Part shown: piece after piece, positions 35,110 through 48,500 of the stretch
How the letters are laid out: every line of letters starts with the position of its first letter
Position numbering within the stretch: position 1 is the first letter of the stretch
Assembly: GCA_002633005.1 (NCBI GenBank)
Contig: NMRA01000021.1
Span: forward strand, 650,084-705,520
DNA from: Phoronis australis
Lineage: Eukaryota > Animalia > Phoronida
Length of the DNA: 55,437 nt
Direction: 5' to 3'
The notes under the pieces: model-generated
What the model was told of the DNA's origin: nothing
Database searches by the model: none
What the model saw: only the letters and a program-made list of their open reading frames with translations
Program-made: the position numbers and the translations under genes

Positions 35110-36640
35110 AAACAAAAGCAACGCGGAGCGTTGAAATGCGCCCACGAATGCACCGCAAACGGTGTGCTTCAAGGGGTGTTTATTTGGAGCATAAAAATGG
35201 CCATTAAACGACGCAAACTACATCGAATCCATCCTAAAACTGGTATGTGTCATCAAAGCTATTTAACAAATTTCATCAAAATCCGTCAAAGAACTTCTGA
35301 GAAGCCGAGGAAAACGAAAAAAAAAATGAAATTGTCACTAGGAGACTATAGGCGCAAAAAACATGTCACTAATAGGCACCACAGTAAATGAAGTCGTCAG
35401 AAAATCATCGCCAGGCTTCCCCTTCACATTAGGAACATTCTTGCCAATTACCATCCTTAGAGTGGTTTGGTTGACAGAGGGACAGACACCAAATAACAAG
35501 ACACGAAAATAGTAAAATTGGCCACTAGGTGGCGCACAATACCACGAATCAAACTAAAAAACCAGAGGATGGCGTCAGTTCTCTAATAGATGTCTATCTG
35601 CCAAATTTTATAAAAATCCGGTGAGGACGTTTCAAGATACAGAGGTAAACTTGAAAAACTAAAAGTGCCACTTAGGGGGCACACCGGTAGTACGATCCAT
35701 CCGAAAGTCTGTGTCGTGTGTTGTCAACTGAAGTTCATATAAATAAACTTGCTAAATTTAAATAAGATCCTGCAGAGGGATTAGGAGATACAGCCGCGTG
35801 AGGAAAAGCTGCCACTAGGAGGCGCCACAGTTGTCGTGGTCGTCATAAAATCATCTCAGCCTTCCGCTCCACATTTAGAACATACGTGCCAATTTCCACA
35901 ATCATCCTTAGAGTGGTTTGGTTGACAGAGGGGTAGATGCCAAAAACAGCATCGAAAACAATAAAATGGCCTCTAGGTGGCGCAAAATACCTCGAATTCA
36001 AATTTTATGAAAATCCGTTGCCTAGCTTACCTCTGAAGATACAGAGGTAAACGTACAAAACTAAAACTGCCACTAGGGGGCACGCTGGTAGTCTGATCCG
36101 TCCGAGAGTCGTCGTCTCCTGTTGCCAACTATATATCAATACACCAGCAAAATTCAATGAAGATCCTTTGGAGCGTTTAGGAGATACAACCATGGGCGCA
36201 AAAACAAACAAAACTGCCACAGTAGTCGAAGTCGTCGAAAATTCATCGTCAGCCGCCCTCTTCACAGTAAGGACATACATGGCAATTTTCAAAATCATCC
36301 CTAGAGCTGTTTGGTTGATAGAAAAGCAGACTCCACAAAACAGACTCGAAAACAGTACATCAAACCCGTCCGAAAACGAGAGGATGGCATCATCTCACTA
36401 ATAGATGCCTAACTGCCTAATTTTATGAAAATCCTTTGAAGACTCGGGAAGATACAGAGGTAGGCGTAAAAAACTAAAATTGTCACTAGGGAGCACACCG
36501 GCAGACGGAGAGGTCCGAAATTCGTCGTCATCCATTGTCATTCATAGCAACACATCTGCCACGTCTCATCAAGATCCTGCAAGGGGTTTAGGAGATATAG
36601 CTGCGGACGCCGCAGGACGGACGCCGGACCCTTTACGCCA
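35110..36640 (+). mobile_element. Helentron/HINE-like element with internal degenerate tandem subrepeats and a GGAC-type microsatellite end
   Basis: Same family as 11265-12095 in the opposite orientation; repeated blocks such as AGAGTGGTTTGGTTGACAGAGG and AGATACAGAGGTAAAC; GGACGGACGCCGGAC near 36615. Confidence 0.65.
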
Positions 36641-36710
36641 GGAATCCCAGACATAGATGACGCAATATGCGACCACATATAGATCAAATTCACGCCAACA
36701 GGAGGTGCGT

Positions 36711-38090
36711 TCCAAAACGAGGCTCGCTACGATAGTTCTGTTAGCTGATCGGCATAGTTGTATTTCGCGTTGCTTGAACAGCTAGATCAAATACGGACAC
36801 TCAACTGTCTGTTTTACAATCCCTAAGGACGGTGAGATTCGGAAGCTTTGAGTCTTTGCCATACGGCACGACGAAGGAAAATATGTCCGTGTAAAATTTA
36901 TAAATGTTTTCGAAAAGTTAGATCATATTTTGTCACATCTCGGTTGCCAAGTATCATAGCAACGACCGGAGAATCTTCGGCCAGTCAGGCTGTGTTTTCA
37001 TAACTACGGGTTGAAACATGATGCATTTTTCTTTCCAAAAAGAACAGGGCCCTCAGTCCCTCGATTTTGGTGAGAATATCGGCCCTATTCCCCTCTCAAA
37101 AATAATAAAATATTGAAAAATCACGCAAAATTCCTCCCACGAGGCCTAAAAATTCCCCTAGTGATTGAAAATTTGTATATGAGTTCAAATAACCTGTAAC
37201 CACACAGGTGACAATTTGAAAGAGCACAAAATGCTACTAGAAATTGAGACAGAGTCTATGAAAACTTGTAATAGGGCGGGGTTGCTATTGATGGTGATCG
37301 GGAGGTAGATTTTTCCCCTCACTAGGTGAAAAAAATCTCCTCTCAGAAGGCACAGGCACCTTTGCCCTCGGATGAACAAGGCTCCTAGAGAAACATAATA
37401 GCTATGATTGATCTGTCCAGTTAACTGGGTTACGCTTTCGACGAACAAAAAATTCAACTTAGTCCAGATTGATATTTGAAACCTAACACATGAAATAGAC
37501 GTAAGAAGTATTAAACCCAAGGAAGCAGAACTGATGGTCAATTAATTTTTATATTCAATTACGAGCCTGCTTTTTTATTTTAATGAAAATATATTTAATG
37601 ACATCAATTATTCTTTCACATCAATGACAAATCAACTGTTAGTCTCAGTAGTCCCTGCACATGACAGCAAAATGCGATGAGCCACCACTGTCGAATATAT
37701 CTTCAACTCGTCAACAATGCGAGCAGATGACCTAGATCGTGTAGAAAGCAATTTTATCAACAATTTACAAGAAGAAACGTAACCTTGCATTCAGCATAAT
37801 ACCTATTCCATAACACTACAATCGCTGCAATTTGGTTATATTTTTGGCCGCATTTACTTTTCATGTTTCGAGCCTAGTTTTCCGAAAAAAATTATACCCT
37901 TTCGTCAGATAACTCTTTGATGGATTAACTTGTTCTCTAATGTATTTTTTACGTCACTGTGGTTAATTTTCGACCCATTTTATAGATTTAGTATCCAGGT
38001 TGGACTCGAAAGACCGGCTATTTAACTCACGCAATGTCAACTTCCGCTTTGTTTATCGCAGTGAGCCATCGCAGTGAGCCTCGCTTTGGA
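36711..38090. mobile_element. Possible non-autonomous TIR element of about 1.4 kb
   Basis: TCCAAAACGAGGCTCGCTACGAT at the left matches the reverse complement of ATCGCAGTGAGCCTCGCTTTGGA at the right; no recognisable coding sequence inside. Confidence 0.45.
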
Positions 38091-41000
38091 TTTTTATGTC
38101 CGCCGCGTGAGTTAGATCTATAAATACTGTATGTGGGCGCATAAAAATAAATATCTTAATTCACATCATATCTGTATAAAGTGTGAGATCTGAAGCTAGT
38201 TCGCTGTAAAAGGAGGCCAAGGTAAATGTTTTGTTATGAATGTCGGTAGTAAAAAATTATGGAAATGTGTTTAAAATACATACACACATTGGCCTATTGG
38301 GAACATGAACGCCCTCTTGAAAGGTGTAAATGAAATGTTAACAGTCAATAATATAAAATGGGGGTTAAAGTGGCTGACAAAGCCGTTCTAAGAATAGTGC
38401 AGGTGGTTTGATATACGTTGCATGTGACGTACAGAGGCCGTTCAGCCGTGCCCATAGTACCAACACCTAAATCCGTTTTCCTTTATTAACATACACACAA
38501 ATTAAGACCGAGCTGAGTGGCTAAGAGACCTGACTCAAGGGTCCAGCTGAGGTGTCCAGAGGGATTTGAACCCACGGCCTTGAGAACAAGTGGTGGACGC
38601 TCAACTCAATATTTACAGGGTCATGTTCATTAACCTACTGAATGTTGAAAAATGTAATTTACAATCGGGAAATTGTTCCATTACCAACAAAGCTAGCATA
38701 AAAGAATTTTTTTAAAAATTCAGCTGAAGTGAGCAAAATTCAGTTGTTTTGATATTTTATGACTTTAGTAGTGGGCAAACTTGAAAACATACATTTTCAA
38801 AAATGCTACTGAACACGAATATACTCTTTTGCTGTTTATGGTAATAAAAACATGTTCACTCAGTGTCACCATTATGGTCGATTGTACATGTATTCAATCC
38901 ATTCCACATACTATTACATTTTTATCCATTTATGAAGTGTGTTTCACAACGGAACATTAGCCTTTGAACAACCTTGTTCACATTTTCATTGTTCTCTGCC
39001 TGTGTGGATTTAGCGGTGTTGTCACATCCAGTCAAGAACTTCTGTGAACTGGCCAAACTTGCAAAGTATCTCCATTAAAATGGCAAGAATTCATTTTAAC
39101 TGCAGTTTAATAACAAACAGTAATATGTTCACCGTTCTCACTGTTCTATACTAGTATTTCCAGTACCTATATTCTAATCACCCGCATAATTCCCCAACTG
39201 ATGTTTTCCTTTCTCAGTCTAGTTTTCCTTGCACATGGCTCCCCCGTCGTTATGTTCTCCTGTCCCGGCTCGAAATTCCTTGGTATAGCTTAATCGTTTT
39301 TGATCCCACCGGTGCTTACTTGCTCATTTAAATTTGGGCGTCATTCCAAGCTTTCTCATACTGAAGGGTCAGCAGTTTTTGTCAGTTAAATCATGTATCA
39401 AAACTTTCATTACGTTCTCCAATAAACCTGTATTCTGACTATGCTTTTGTTTCTGACATCTTAAACAAAACCGTCTGAACCTGAAAGCTGAAGTGAAAGA
39501 CGACGAATATCCAAGGGAGGGGATAAGCTTGTTTCCATAAAAGCCCAACGGGTGGGATGCATACCCATTGTGATAACCAATGTACTTTGTAGCCTATTTT
39601 GCCCGGGGTATGCGATGAGCTGTGTACTTGAAGAGTAAAACAAGATAAGGCCTGTCGAATAATGTCATTAAATATGGCGTAAGTAAAAGGGGTAATAAAG
39701 GCAAGACTCTGCGAGATTGGCACAGGAAATAACGTCTCAGGCGTGTACACAGAAGCGCTAGTAAATCAAGATGTCGTTCTTTAGTTCACAGTCCGACAAT
39801 GTGTCACCATAATTATCCACGTTGATAGCTGTGCAGGCAAGGAAGCAACCAGTTCCGAATTCAGAAGGAAAAATGTCCGGGACACTCATATCAAGCACAT
39901 GCCTGTGATCTGAGCCTACTTCGTGTTTTGGGGGTCAGTGCACCTACTTCCTGAGTTTGAAGGTAATCGATTCATATTTGATAGCATTAATGCTTTGTTC
40001 CTCTGCAACCACCATGACTTCACGCGTGTCTGTAAATCACGCTTAGGCCATTATATTTCGAACTATCAATTGTGCCTTGGTGTATTTATATCTTCATTGT
40101 CTGTTTTGATGAAGAGGGACTCGATCACAAGCGTGAAAAACAATTCTGTGCATAACTTGTCGATTAAAGTTTCCGGTTGACAGCGACCTTGGAAACATGC
40201 CAACTAGCGACAAGCCAACTCTTAAAGCGCCAATAAACACACTTTTCATCACCAAAACTGGCCAATTACCGTTGTAAAATTGAACTCAACTTGTTCCAAA
40301 GTCAAGCTGCAGGTTATATCAGGGCTTCCACTCTTAAGGCTCGTTCGTTATTTTACCCAACAAACTCGTAGATTTTCAAGTCATGGCGTGATAGGAAATT
40401 TAATTTGATTAGTCTGAAAAATAATAATCTGTCAGTTCATGAGTGCATGGAATGTATTTATACCGAGAACTAAGCTATCAGCAGAAAATATTTTGATCTA
40501 AAATGGAACTTATTAATTCTTTACTGAAGGCGGTCGTCTGCTGTCAGCATTTCTTAGCTCTATCTTTGTTCATCGTTGTTAGCGTAAAGTCATCTTTTTT
40601 TCTTTTTAGGGTTTGTGTTAATCCCGTGAAAAAAGAAAAAACGTCCTTCATGTTGCATGCGTTTGTTAAAGTTGCATTTCTTCCTGTTAAGATGGCTAAA
40701 ACCGAAAATTGAATTGGGCATTTTGTATTTCTTATCGTGACAGTGCTCCATTTTAATTGCCAAGCAGAACATCGAAACCAACAGTGTCCCACGATACCGG
40801 TTCGTGACTCAAGTTTTTCACTATTCACATAAACATAATGTAAGTTGTCGTAATAAGGAGCAATGGTGTCCGGTATGCCAGCGTCTGCCCAGCAGGAGGC
40901 CTCAGTAGCTTTTTCACATTCAGATTGTTTGCTTATTCTAGTCATCGGGCCAGGGTTCACGGCAAAAAGACTCGTATTTCTTGCACAAGTACCCTTATAT

Positions 41001-41580
41001 TTACTGTGAAAAATGATACAAGAGGTCCTCAATTGAAATAAATGAAGTTAAAAGTTGGTAACAATTAGACGTTCAGCACTTGTTCGGACTTGCAGCAAAA
41101 ACATCAGTTAATCTTCATTTGTTGAAACTACCACGACCGGTAGTTCTAATCGCCGTCCTTGAGTCATAAATTGCCAGGTACGACATCAGTCGGAGCGCCG
41201 CCACGTAGATAAGATCCAGAAAGTATCCCATTGAAATTAGGTACTCTTAAAAATTTCAGCGACAATCCTGGTCCCCGGGCCCGTACCCTGTTTCAGTAAA
41301 AAGGAAGTTGATCTGCTTCACTTTCCATCACTATCGCCAAAGTGTTTGTCCATGTTTGCCTGCTGATGTAGTTACAGCACTGACATCAATATCGCACAGC
41401 GACGCCTGCCGTCATTTAGTCAAAACATCAATGAACACGTGCAAAAAATGCGTAGGCTATGTTGACAAAACGTAAGTTTTATAATTTTCATAATTAATAC
41501 CCCGTGTCGCACGACGTTTTGGTTATCACGATTTCGGCCTGACCTGTCCTTCGTCCACCACCTCCCACTGCTCTACACTC

Positions 41581-41662
41581 TTTAAAAGAGCGAGCAAAGA
41601 TTGAAGATTCACCATTCGTCTGTCAAGGTTCTTCTACAAGAGAGGTCTTCACTAAGAACACA
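41581..41662 (+). promoter_or_regulatory. Putative TATA-like box and 5' non-coding exon of peptide gene 2
   Basis: TTTAAAAG at 41581, CCATTC about 30 bp downstream, donor CA|GTAAGT at 41663. Confidence 0.6.
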
Positions 41663-42406
41663 GTAAGTGAACTTCTTTTCTACAGCAATATATGTCTACC
41701 CTTTATCGAAGGCTACTTAAAGTACCAGAATGCAACAACAGAGATGAGCAACTTCTTCTAGTGGATGCTTTTAATAAAACGTTATTTTCCGCGACTATAT
41801 TAAAGCACTTTTTGAAAAACTTCATGGCAAGTTTGAACGTTGTGGCCATAACTTTTGCTTTTGCTCGAATTATTTGTAATTACATAGCGCAATAAAAAGT
41901 ATTCATTATTTCGAATCGTCCGTCTTACCTTTTGGATTTGCTAAAAAATCATATAAGTTTCAGTAAATGTTTTCAAGACCAAAAAGTATAGTCGGTTCAA
42001 GTGTCTGCTTTTTGTGAAAATCGAATCCGTAGTGTATTTAGTTGCTTACTTTTTCAGACACCTGAGTCGAACAAACATGATGCGGGATTTGGCGTTCCAA
42101 ACCTTGCTTACTCTTGCTTACGTGCCATTGTGCAGATTTTATGAAAATGCGAGACTTTGGCTGAAATTGAATCGCACGGGCGTTTTTCTCATTTTCAATC
42201 GGCGAGCGCAGGCCTCAAAATGAGTTGCGGGAGAGCTCAAAATCAACTAATGCTTTTATTGCAGACGCGCTTATTCTTTAGTCGATCATTTTAATCATCA
42301 CTCATTATCCTTGATTTTGAGTCACAAACTGTTATCAATCCCAGCGCTCAAACTCAAGATTCTTAATGCATTATTGTTTTTTTTATATTTCAGCTGAATT
42401 GACGTC

Positions 42407-42510
42407 ATGAACAAGGTTCTTGTAGCATGTTTATTAGTGAGTGTGCTGTCCGCTATGGTCGTAGAGAACGAAGCTTGGTGGATTCGCAGACGTTTTATAA
42501 GCAAAATCTT
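42407..42510 (+). CDS. Peptide gene 2, coding exon 1
   Basis: ATG 42407; donor TT|GTAAGT at 42511. Confidence 0.88.
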
Positions 42511-45500
42511 GTAAGTTGAGTTAATTACTTTTGCCTTCTGATTGGAACAGGTAATAATCTTCTGATTGGAACAAGTAATAATCTTCCAATCGATGTCTTT
42601 TTGGCATGTTTATTAAGTGTCCAATACGAGCCAGACTCTAAAATTAAGTATTTACAATATCATAATATAGTCCTAAATCACTTTAAAGACCCTCCCAATT
42701 CTTAATAAGTCCTAAATCACTTTAAAGACCCTCCCAATTCTTTATAAGTCCTAAATCACGTTAAAGACCCTCCCAATTCTTATACATTTACCACCATTTT
42801 ACAACTAGGGTGAGACACCAAGACACACACTTCTGTCAATTCTTTGACATTCCCTACACTTTTCATAACACCTTATTACACGAGAACATTTCTTCAACCT
42901 TCTGAAAGGAACATTTTTGAAACAGAATTATAGCAAAACTTAACATTTTCTAAACTGTTTTTAAACAGTTTAAAAAAACTGAATTTATACAAGTCAAATC
43001 CTAACCGTATTACTGAAATAATGAATTACACGAAAAACGTTTCGCCTCCATCTGAACACAACGCAATGATACTAAAATAACAGTAACCAATAGAAAAGTC
43101 AATCAAACAGTCAATCGTTCGGTCATTTGCAACTGAACTGGGTATCATGTAACCATAGCAACACAATTTAGAGAAAATTTCCAAAGTAATTTTTTGCTGC
43201 GCATTTAAATAAAATATGTTACGCTTTACTTACTAATATGAACAACTTTTGTGCAATAAACTTTTAAGATAGTAACGGTAACTTATAATAAATACGGCCG
43301 TAGCGTGGGAAATCTTTGTTCAATGTATATCTAAACTATACTTTTTGCACTTGTCGGCTGATCAGCAACTGTTCAGAATTTGTGTTTGTATAATCTTCAT
43401 TAAAGACTTCCAACTGCCCAGTGAGGGCCTGTAATAAATGGAAGTATATATCAGACATGTATCGCACTTTCTAGGATACAGATAATTCACAGGCCCGGAT
43501 GTTCGATCTTTCCGATGCCACCCTAGCACTGTGCTGAGTGACTCCGTTATAATTTCGTTGTCAATCCTAGTTTTCTTTATACCGGTTGGCAAGACGTTCT
43601 TCAGTCATCCGAGCCTATCAAATCTTATTTTAATTTTGTTCAGCCTGTTCATTGTCACTGTTTGCAATTCAATCCTCGTAAAATCTAAACTTTAATGTAA
43701 AAAATGTGCATGTTTTTGTGACTTAATGCAGCCTATAGTAGTCACATCTCTGTAAGTTCACTGGCTTTAATCTATTCCGACTACGTAACTTGTAGAATTA
43801 ATCGAGTTCAAAAATCAAATTTCATGGAAATGCGCAAGTTTAGATATGGGAACTTTTGAAATTCATAAAATACAAGGGTTTATGAGAAAACAAATCTAAA
43901 AATTGTACCCTAAAGTGATCACAGAATAGGTTTTTTTGACATGACCTGAAATGTGTTACGACACGACCGGTTAATAAAACGAGTGAGTAATTTTTATATT
44001 ACATGGACGAATCACAAAGTACATTTTATCGTCTGCAAAACACTAATACCAACAACCAAACAATGTCGCAATTCCGTGAAAGTGACAAGATTATGATTAA
44101 CAAATCGGGTGACGGAACTGCACGTACTCCCAGACGGAAGGACGTGCAAACAACTTCTTAAACGAACCCACCTTTGGCTGCGAATTCCATACCCACTTTC
44201 ATTCAAACGGAAACAAATCTCAGCTCAAAAACCACGGGGTGAGACTGACGAGCTGTGCTACCTAAAGGTCGATGTGCTCACGCGGGGGAAGCCCTGCTAA
44301 CTGTTATTTATAAACATTTGTTGAGTTTTAATGTTACAACTTCAAAGAGTATTTATTAGGTTCTAATGATGGCTACGTTTGAAATAAAATTATTAACAAA
44401 AAGTAACTGAGTGTTTTTACAAAACTTGAGTAAAGTGGTTGAAGGTTTTAGACACGTCGAGTTTTTCGGCAAAAATATCGTTTTAACGGTTCATGTGAGA
44501 TTATAAATCAAGCCGAGGGATTTTGACGATAGTTCCAATTTGCTCATGCCATCAACCTGAGACGAGTGTAGGATTCTCTATTGATGTGCCTCCTGTGACC
44601 TATGGCCCAAGGCCTACTTGGCCAGATTGTTAACGAAATTCACGTAAAAGCGTGCCTGCAAATATTTTGAGCACCTCACTATCGACATCGATTGTGTGGT
44701 AGGTCTTTTAAGGGGCCGGGTTCGTTTGCAGTGAAGTAAGGTTATGTGTCCAGGCTTAGGTTCTTGTAAGTTTGGCAAGATCACGCACATCTCAACGAAA
44801 TACCGGCACACGTTAGAGCAAGGCACCTGATCGCATTAGCTTTCACTAAAGAGAAGACTATATTGGGTTTCATAAAGTTCCCCTGGCTATACGCTTAGTG
44901 GTGCCGCCAGTACGCCGCGATCCTCCCGCAATATGCAAAGCGAGGTGACCACGGACGTCCGAGGTTACCAGGAGCAGGCCAGTAAATTTATTTTCACCAC
45001 CGGCTACAGATCGCCGTTTGCAGAAAGCCTTCTTTCATTTCAGACCATGGGCTTGTCGCCTCGTGTGTAGACTGAAACACGGCGCAGCCCGGGCCGCATG
45101 CATTGCCTGCAAGATCAAGTATGGTAAGAGGGACGAAATTGAACAGAGACAGGTAAATTGTCGCTGATAATACAAATGATATAAGACAGACCAGACCGTT
45201 ATTTTGCAGACAAATAAAGCGTATGAATTAACTTCATGTGTCCCTAGTAAGCAACAGGATCGAGGCGTTGCCCGGTCGGCAATATGCTAAATATTGGTTG
45301 TGAGAAACCTGTTGATAATATAATTTAGTCATTTTAAAGTGATTTCGTCTCATTGTAAAGATTGCGAAAATCCCACTAAACCACACAGGCAGTATGCTAT
45401 AAAGCTATGCCATAGACGTAATTAAAAAGTTTCGTACAAAACACATTCGAACAGCGCTGGCCGTCCTTGACCAATAATTCTTTGATCCACAAACAGACCA

Positions 45501-48500
45501 GTTAAAAGGCAGAGGGTAATCTTGTATTTCAACTTTATAATACACACGTGGTTACAGTGATAACTTATGATTTAGATCATGATACCGTGTTCGACTCTGG
45601 GAATAATTATGTTCTGAAACGCGCAAGCGCCAGTCACTAAAATGCGTCATGATCCGATACTAGGTTACCAATGGAGTTAGGACACTGAATATATAAATGT
45701 CTCTGTTTTGGGTGATTGCACGCCATTTGCGTTTTGGTAAAGAAAAAATGTGTCTAAAACCAGTAAAGAGAGAAATCATGTATTTAAGTAACACCATGTA
45801 CAATGAAATGACAGCATTCGTGTTCTCTTTAAGTTAAACGAAGCCGATCTCCAGGAAGCTCTGAAGAAAGTACCGGAAGACCAGAGGGAAATGGTGTTGA
45901 GAGGCATAAAGGACCCGGATGCTTTCGGTACAAATATTATTTGAAATCAGTACCAGGCAGTAATGTGTAAACCATTTTTTCAAACTGTAACTCCAAAGTT
46001 TTTTGTTTGTTTTGAGAGCTGGCATTTTTTGGAAACGCAACGCCTTTTCCAGAGATCATAAGGTGCACAGATGATGGGCATTCACAAGAAAGGTGGTTTT
46101 ATTCTCTGTAAAAGAGTGGCGATTGCGTTTATTGGTGTTAGGATTTTAAAATTCAGAATTGGTTGCTAAAAATTAACAGCTTGAAGGTGTAAAAGAGCAT
46201 AACTGTGACCTGCACTCATCGACAATACGGAAAAAGCATCACCTGGCCGTCCGTACCCATTTTCAGGGCCGTCCATACTCTATTTCAATTTTGGTGATTG
46301 ACAAGCCGGTCAGAGAGTAAAGCCAAAGTTATGATAGATTGGTTAATGGTACAAAGCTAGGACCCAGTAACTGGTCATTGGCTGGCGATCATGTGTCCAT
46401 CGATTGCTAATCTTGTGACTGCCAGTGACGTGTGTGTCTTTATTGCTAATCTTGTGACTGCGAGTGACGTATGTATCGCAGTTGCTAATCTTGTGACTGC
46501 GAGTGACGTATGTGTCGCTATTGCTAATCTTGTGACTGCTAGTGACGTATGTGTCGCTATTGCTAATCTTGTGACTGCGAGTGACGTATGTGTCGCTATT
46601 GCTAATCTTGTTAACTTATCAATAAGTACAAATGAAACACATGAAACCAAAAAAATAAATAAGACTTTTGTATTTTTGTTTTACAGCCAAGGCCTTGTTG
46701 GATAAGGATTTTAATGAACCTGAAGAATTGGATGCCCGCGGCCAAGGTATAGTCCATTGGCACCTTTCTCAGTGAAAGTTTCTAAATATTTGATATGGCA
46801 TATGAAAATATTTACATTTTCATCTACATGCCCCAACGCACTGGCTACATTAGTTGTAAGCAGCCGATGTGCACGCGGTGCAATTGTCCGTTAGGCCTAT
46901 AATCCCACTCTACCAAAATTAGGTCACTTAGAATTTGTATATTTCAAAAACTGGAGTTGTTCAAGTCGGCGGGGTGAATATTCCGTTGAAGCTATCAATT
47001 TTATCTCCACTGGCAGGATGCGGAAAGGATTCCATATACGCCGCTCTTGATTCCAACTAAGGTTCCCTAAATCCTGTCCTTGACCAGCAAGCACTAAACT
47101 CAAGGTGCAAAATCCCAGACCGTCTCCCCTAAGCTCCTCATAAAAGTGCTCCAAAACTACACGTGTGGAACATTTTGTGCTGAGATTAGGGGCTACCTAA
47201 CTCCTCACCTGAACTCAGATGCTTGACTTAATGCCGTTTACTTCCCGGGAGTTTTTGTCACAGGAGGGTCTTCAGTGCGTTTACGGTATAGGGGCGCAGG
47301 TATAGAATTTAGTACCGCGGGTTTGGCGTTTGCTTCTTAGCGACTGGATTTAGGGTATTGTAAATGGAATTAGAGAAGGTGCCGTTTCTAATCCTTGCAT
47401 TTGACACACGGTTTTATCATGTGTAATTAGAGATGCTAACTCGCCTTGGAAACGAAAGGTTCCTACCCAGAACATGAACCGAAACAATGCTTTTCAAAGA
47501 TGGCGCTAAGTACGGCTTCACAGACGTTCTTAAGCAACGAATTGAAATTGAAGTTATCTGGCGTAGTATTCAAAGTGGTCATAAACCCGCAATCCGTCAT
47601 CAGAAAACAACGTAACGTTGTGAATGAAATATTTGTTAAGCTTCTCTTTAGTCAAAATACGTGTGAAAAACTGACAGTTTGTAATTGCTTGGGACGTGGC
47701 TCTATGATGACGTTGGACTTTTGTCACGGCGTGTCATTTAATCCGAAAAGTATGGTCTGGAGCAATAACAAACTGTCAGAAAGAACGTCTCATCTGAATA
47801 AGGTCCAACTAAATTAAAGCGGTAAGTCATCTAATTCACTGAAAAATTCGTTCCTTCGGTAGACTGCGGGATATTGCCGTTTTAACGTAATACCTGGTTT
47901 AGTGTGACACAAATTACTTAAAGATGTTTCTTATTGTAACACGAAACGCATCTGAATTTATATGTACCTAATGTTGCATTAAACCTATTTTTAATCCCTG
48001 TGTCAGCCTAATGTCAGTGCAAATTATCACCACGGTAATGTAGATCCATGGAGACCAATTAATACAAATAAAATATAAGGTGGTGGTGTACCTTGTTTTG
48101 TTGATTTCAACCAATCTAGTTCTGTTTACTGCTAATGCCCGTTTGACCTCTCACTTGAGTGATAAAAGAAGGATTCAATAAAAAGCACTTCCTCGCTATG
48201 TCACACAATAGAGGGAGTCATGGTTCCTGGTGAGTGATCTATCACTGCAGTTGTCGAGTAACTCGTCTGAAACGTGGGTTCTGCTTGTCCGTTTAGCAGA
48301 CTTCATAAGGATTAAAAATAGTTTCAAACTTTTGAGGGTTGCCAAAGGTCACATAGCTTTAGTTTGGCTTAGAGAGCTGGATGGGAAAGTCGTCTGAATA
48401 GGCCACAACCGCACTTAGTATCCTTGAACTTCATTTGGTCCTTCGAACAACTGAGTAAAATTTTGACTTCTTGCTTTATTGTAAAAAATAGAGAAAACAG

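Noticed and set aside
38540-38600. tRNA-like B-box
   Set aside because: No complete cloverleaf; better explained as a decayed SINE head.
40544-41032. 162-aa minus-strand ORF with a paralog at 22007-22285
   Set aside because: Non-ATG start, frames diverge outside the conserved block and no domain is recognisable; similarity reflects DNA-level conservation only.
46375-46705. Repetitive ORFs on both strands and a superficially CRISPR-like array
   Set aside because: Head-to-tail 39-bp units with no unique spacers, no cas genes and a eukaryotic intronic context; the ORFs are by-products of a period divisible by three.
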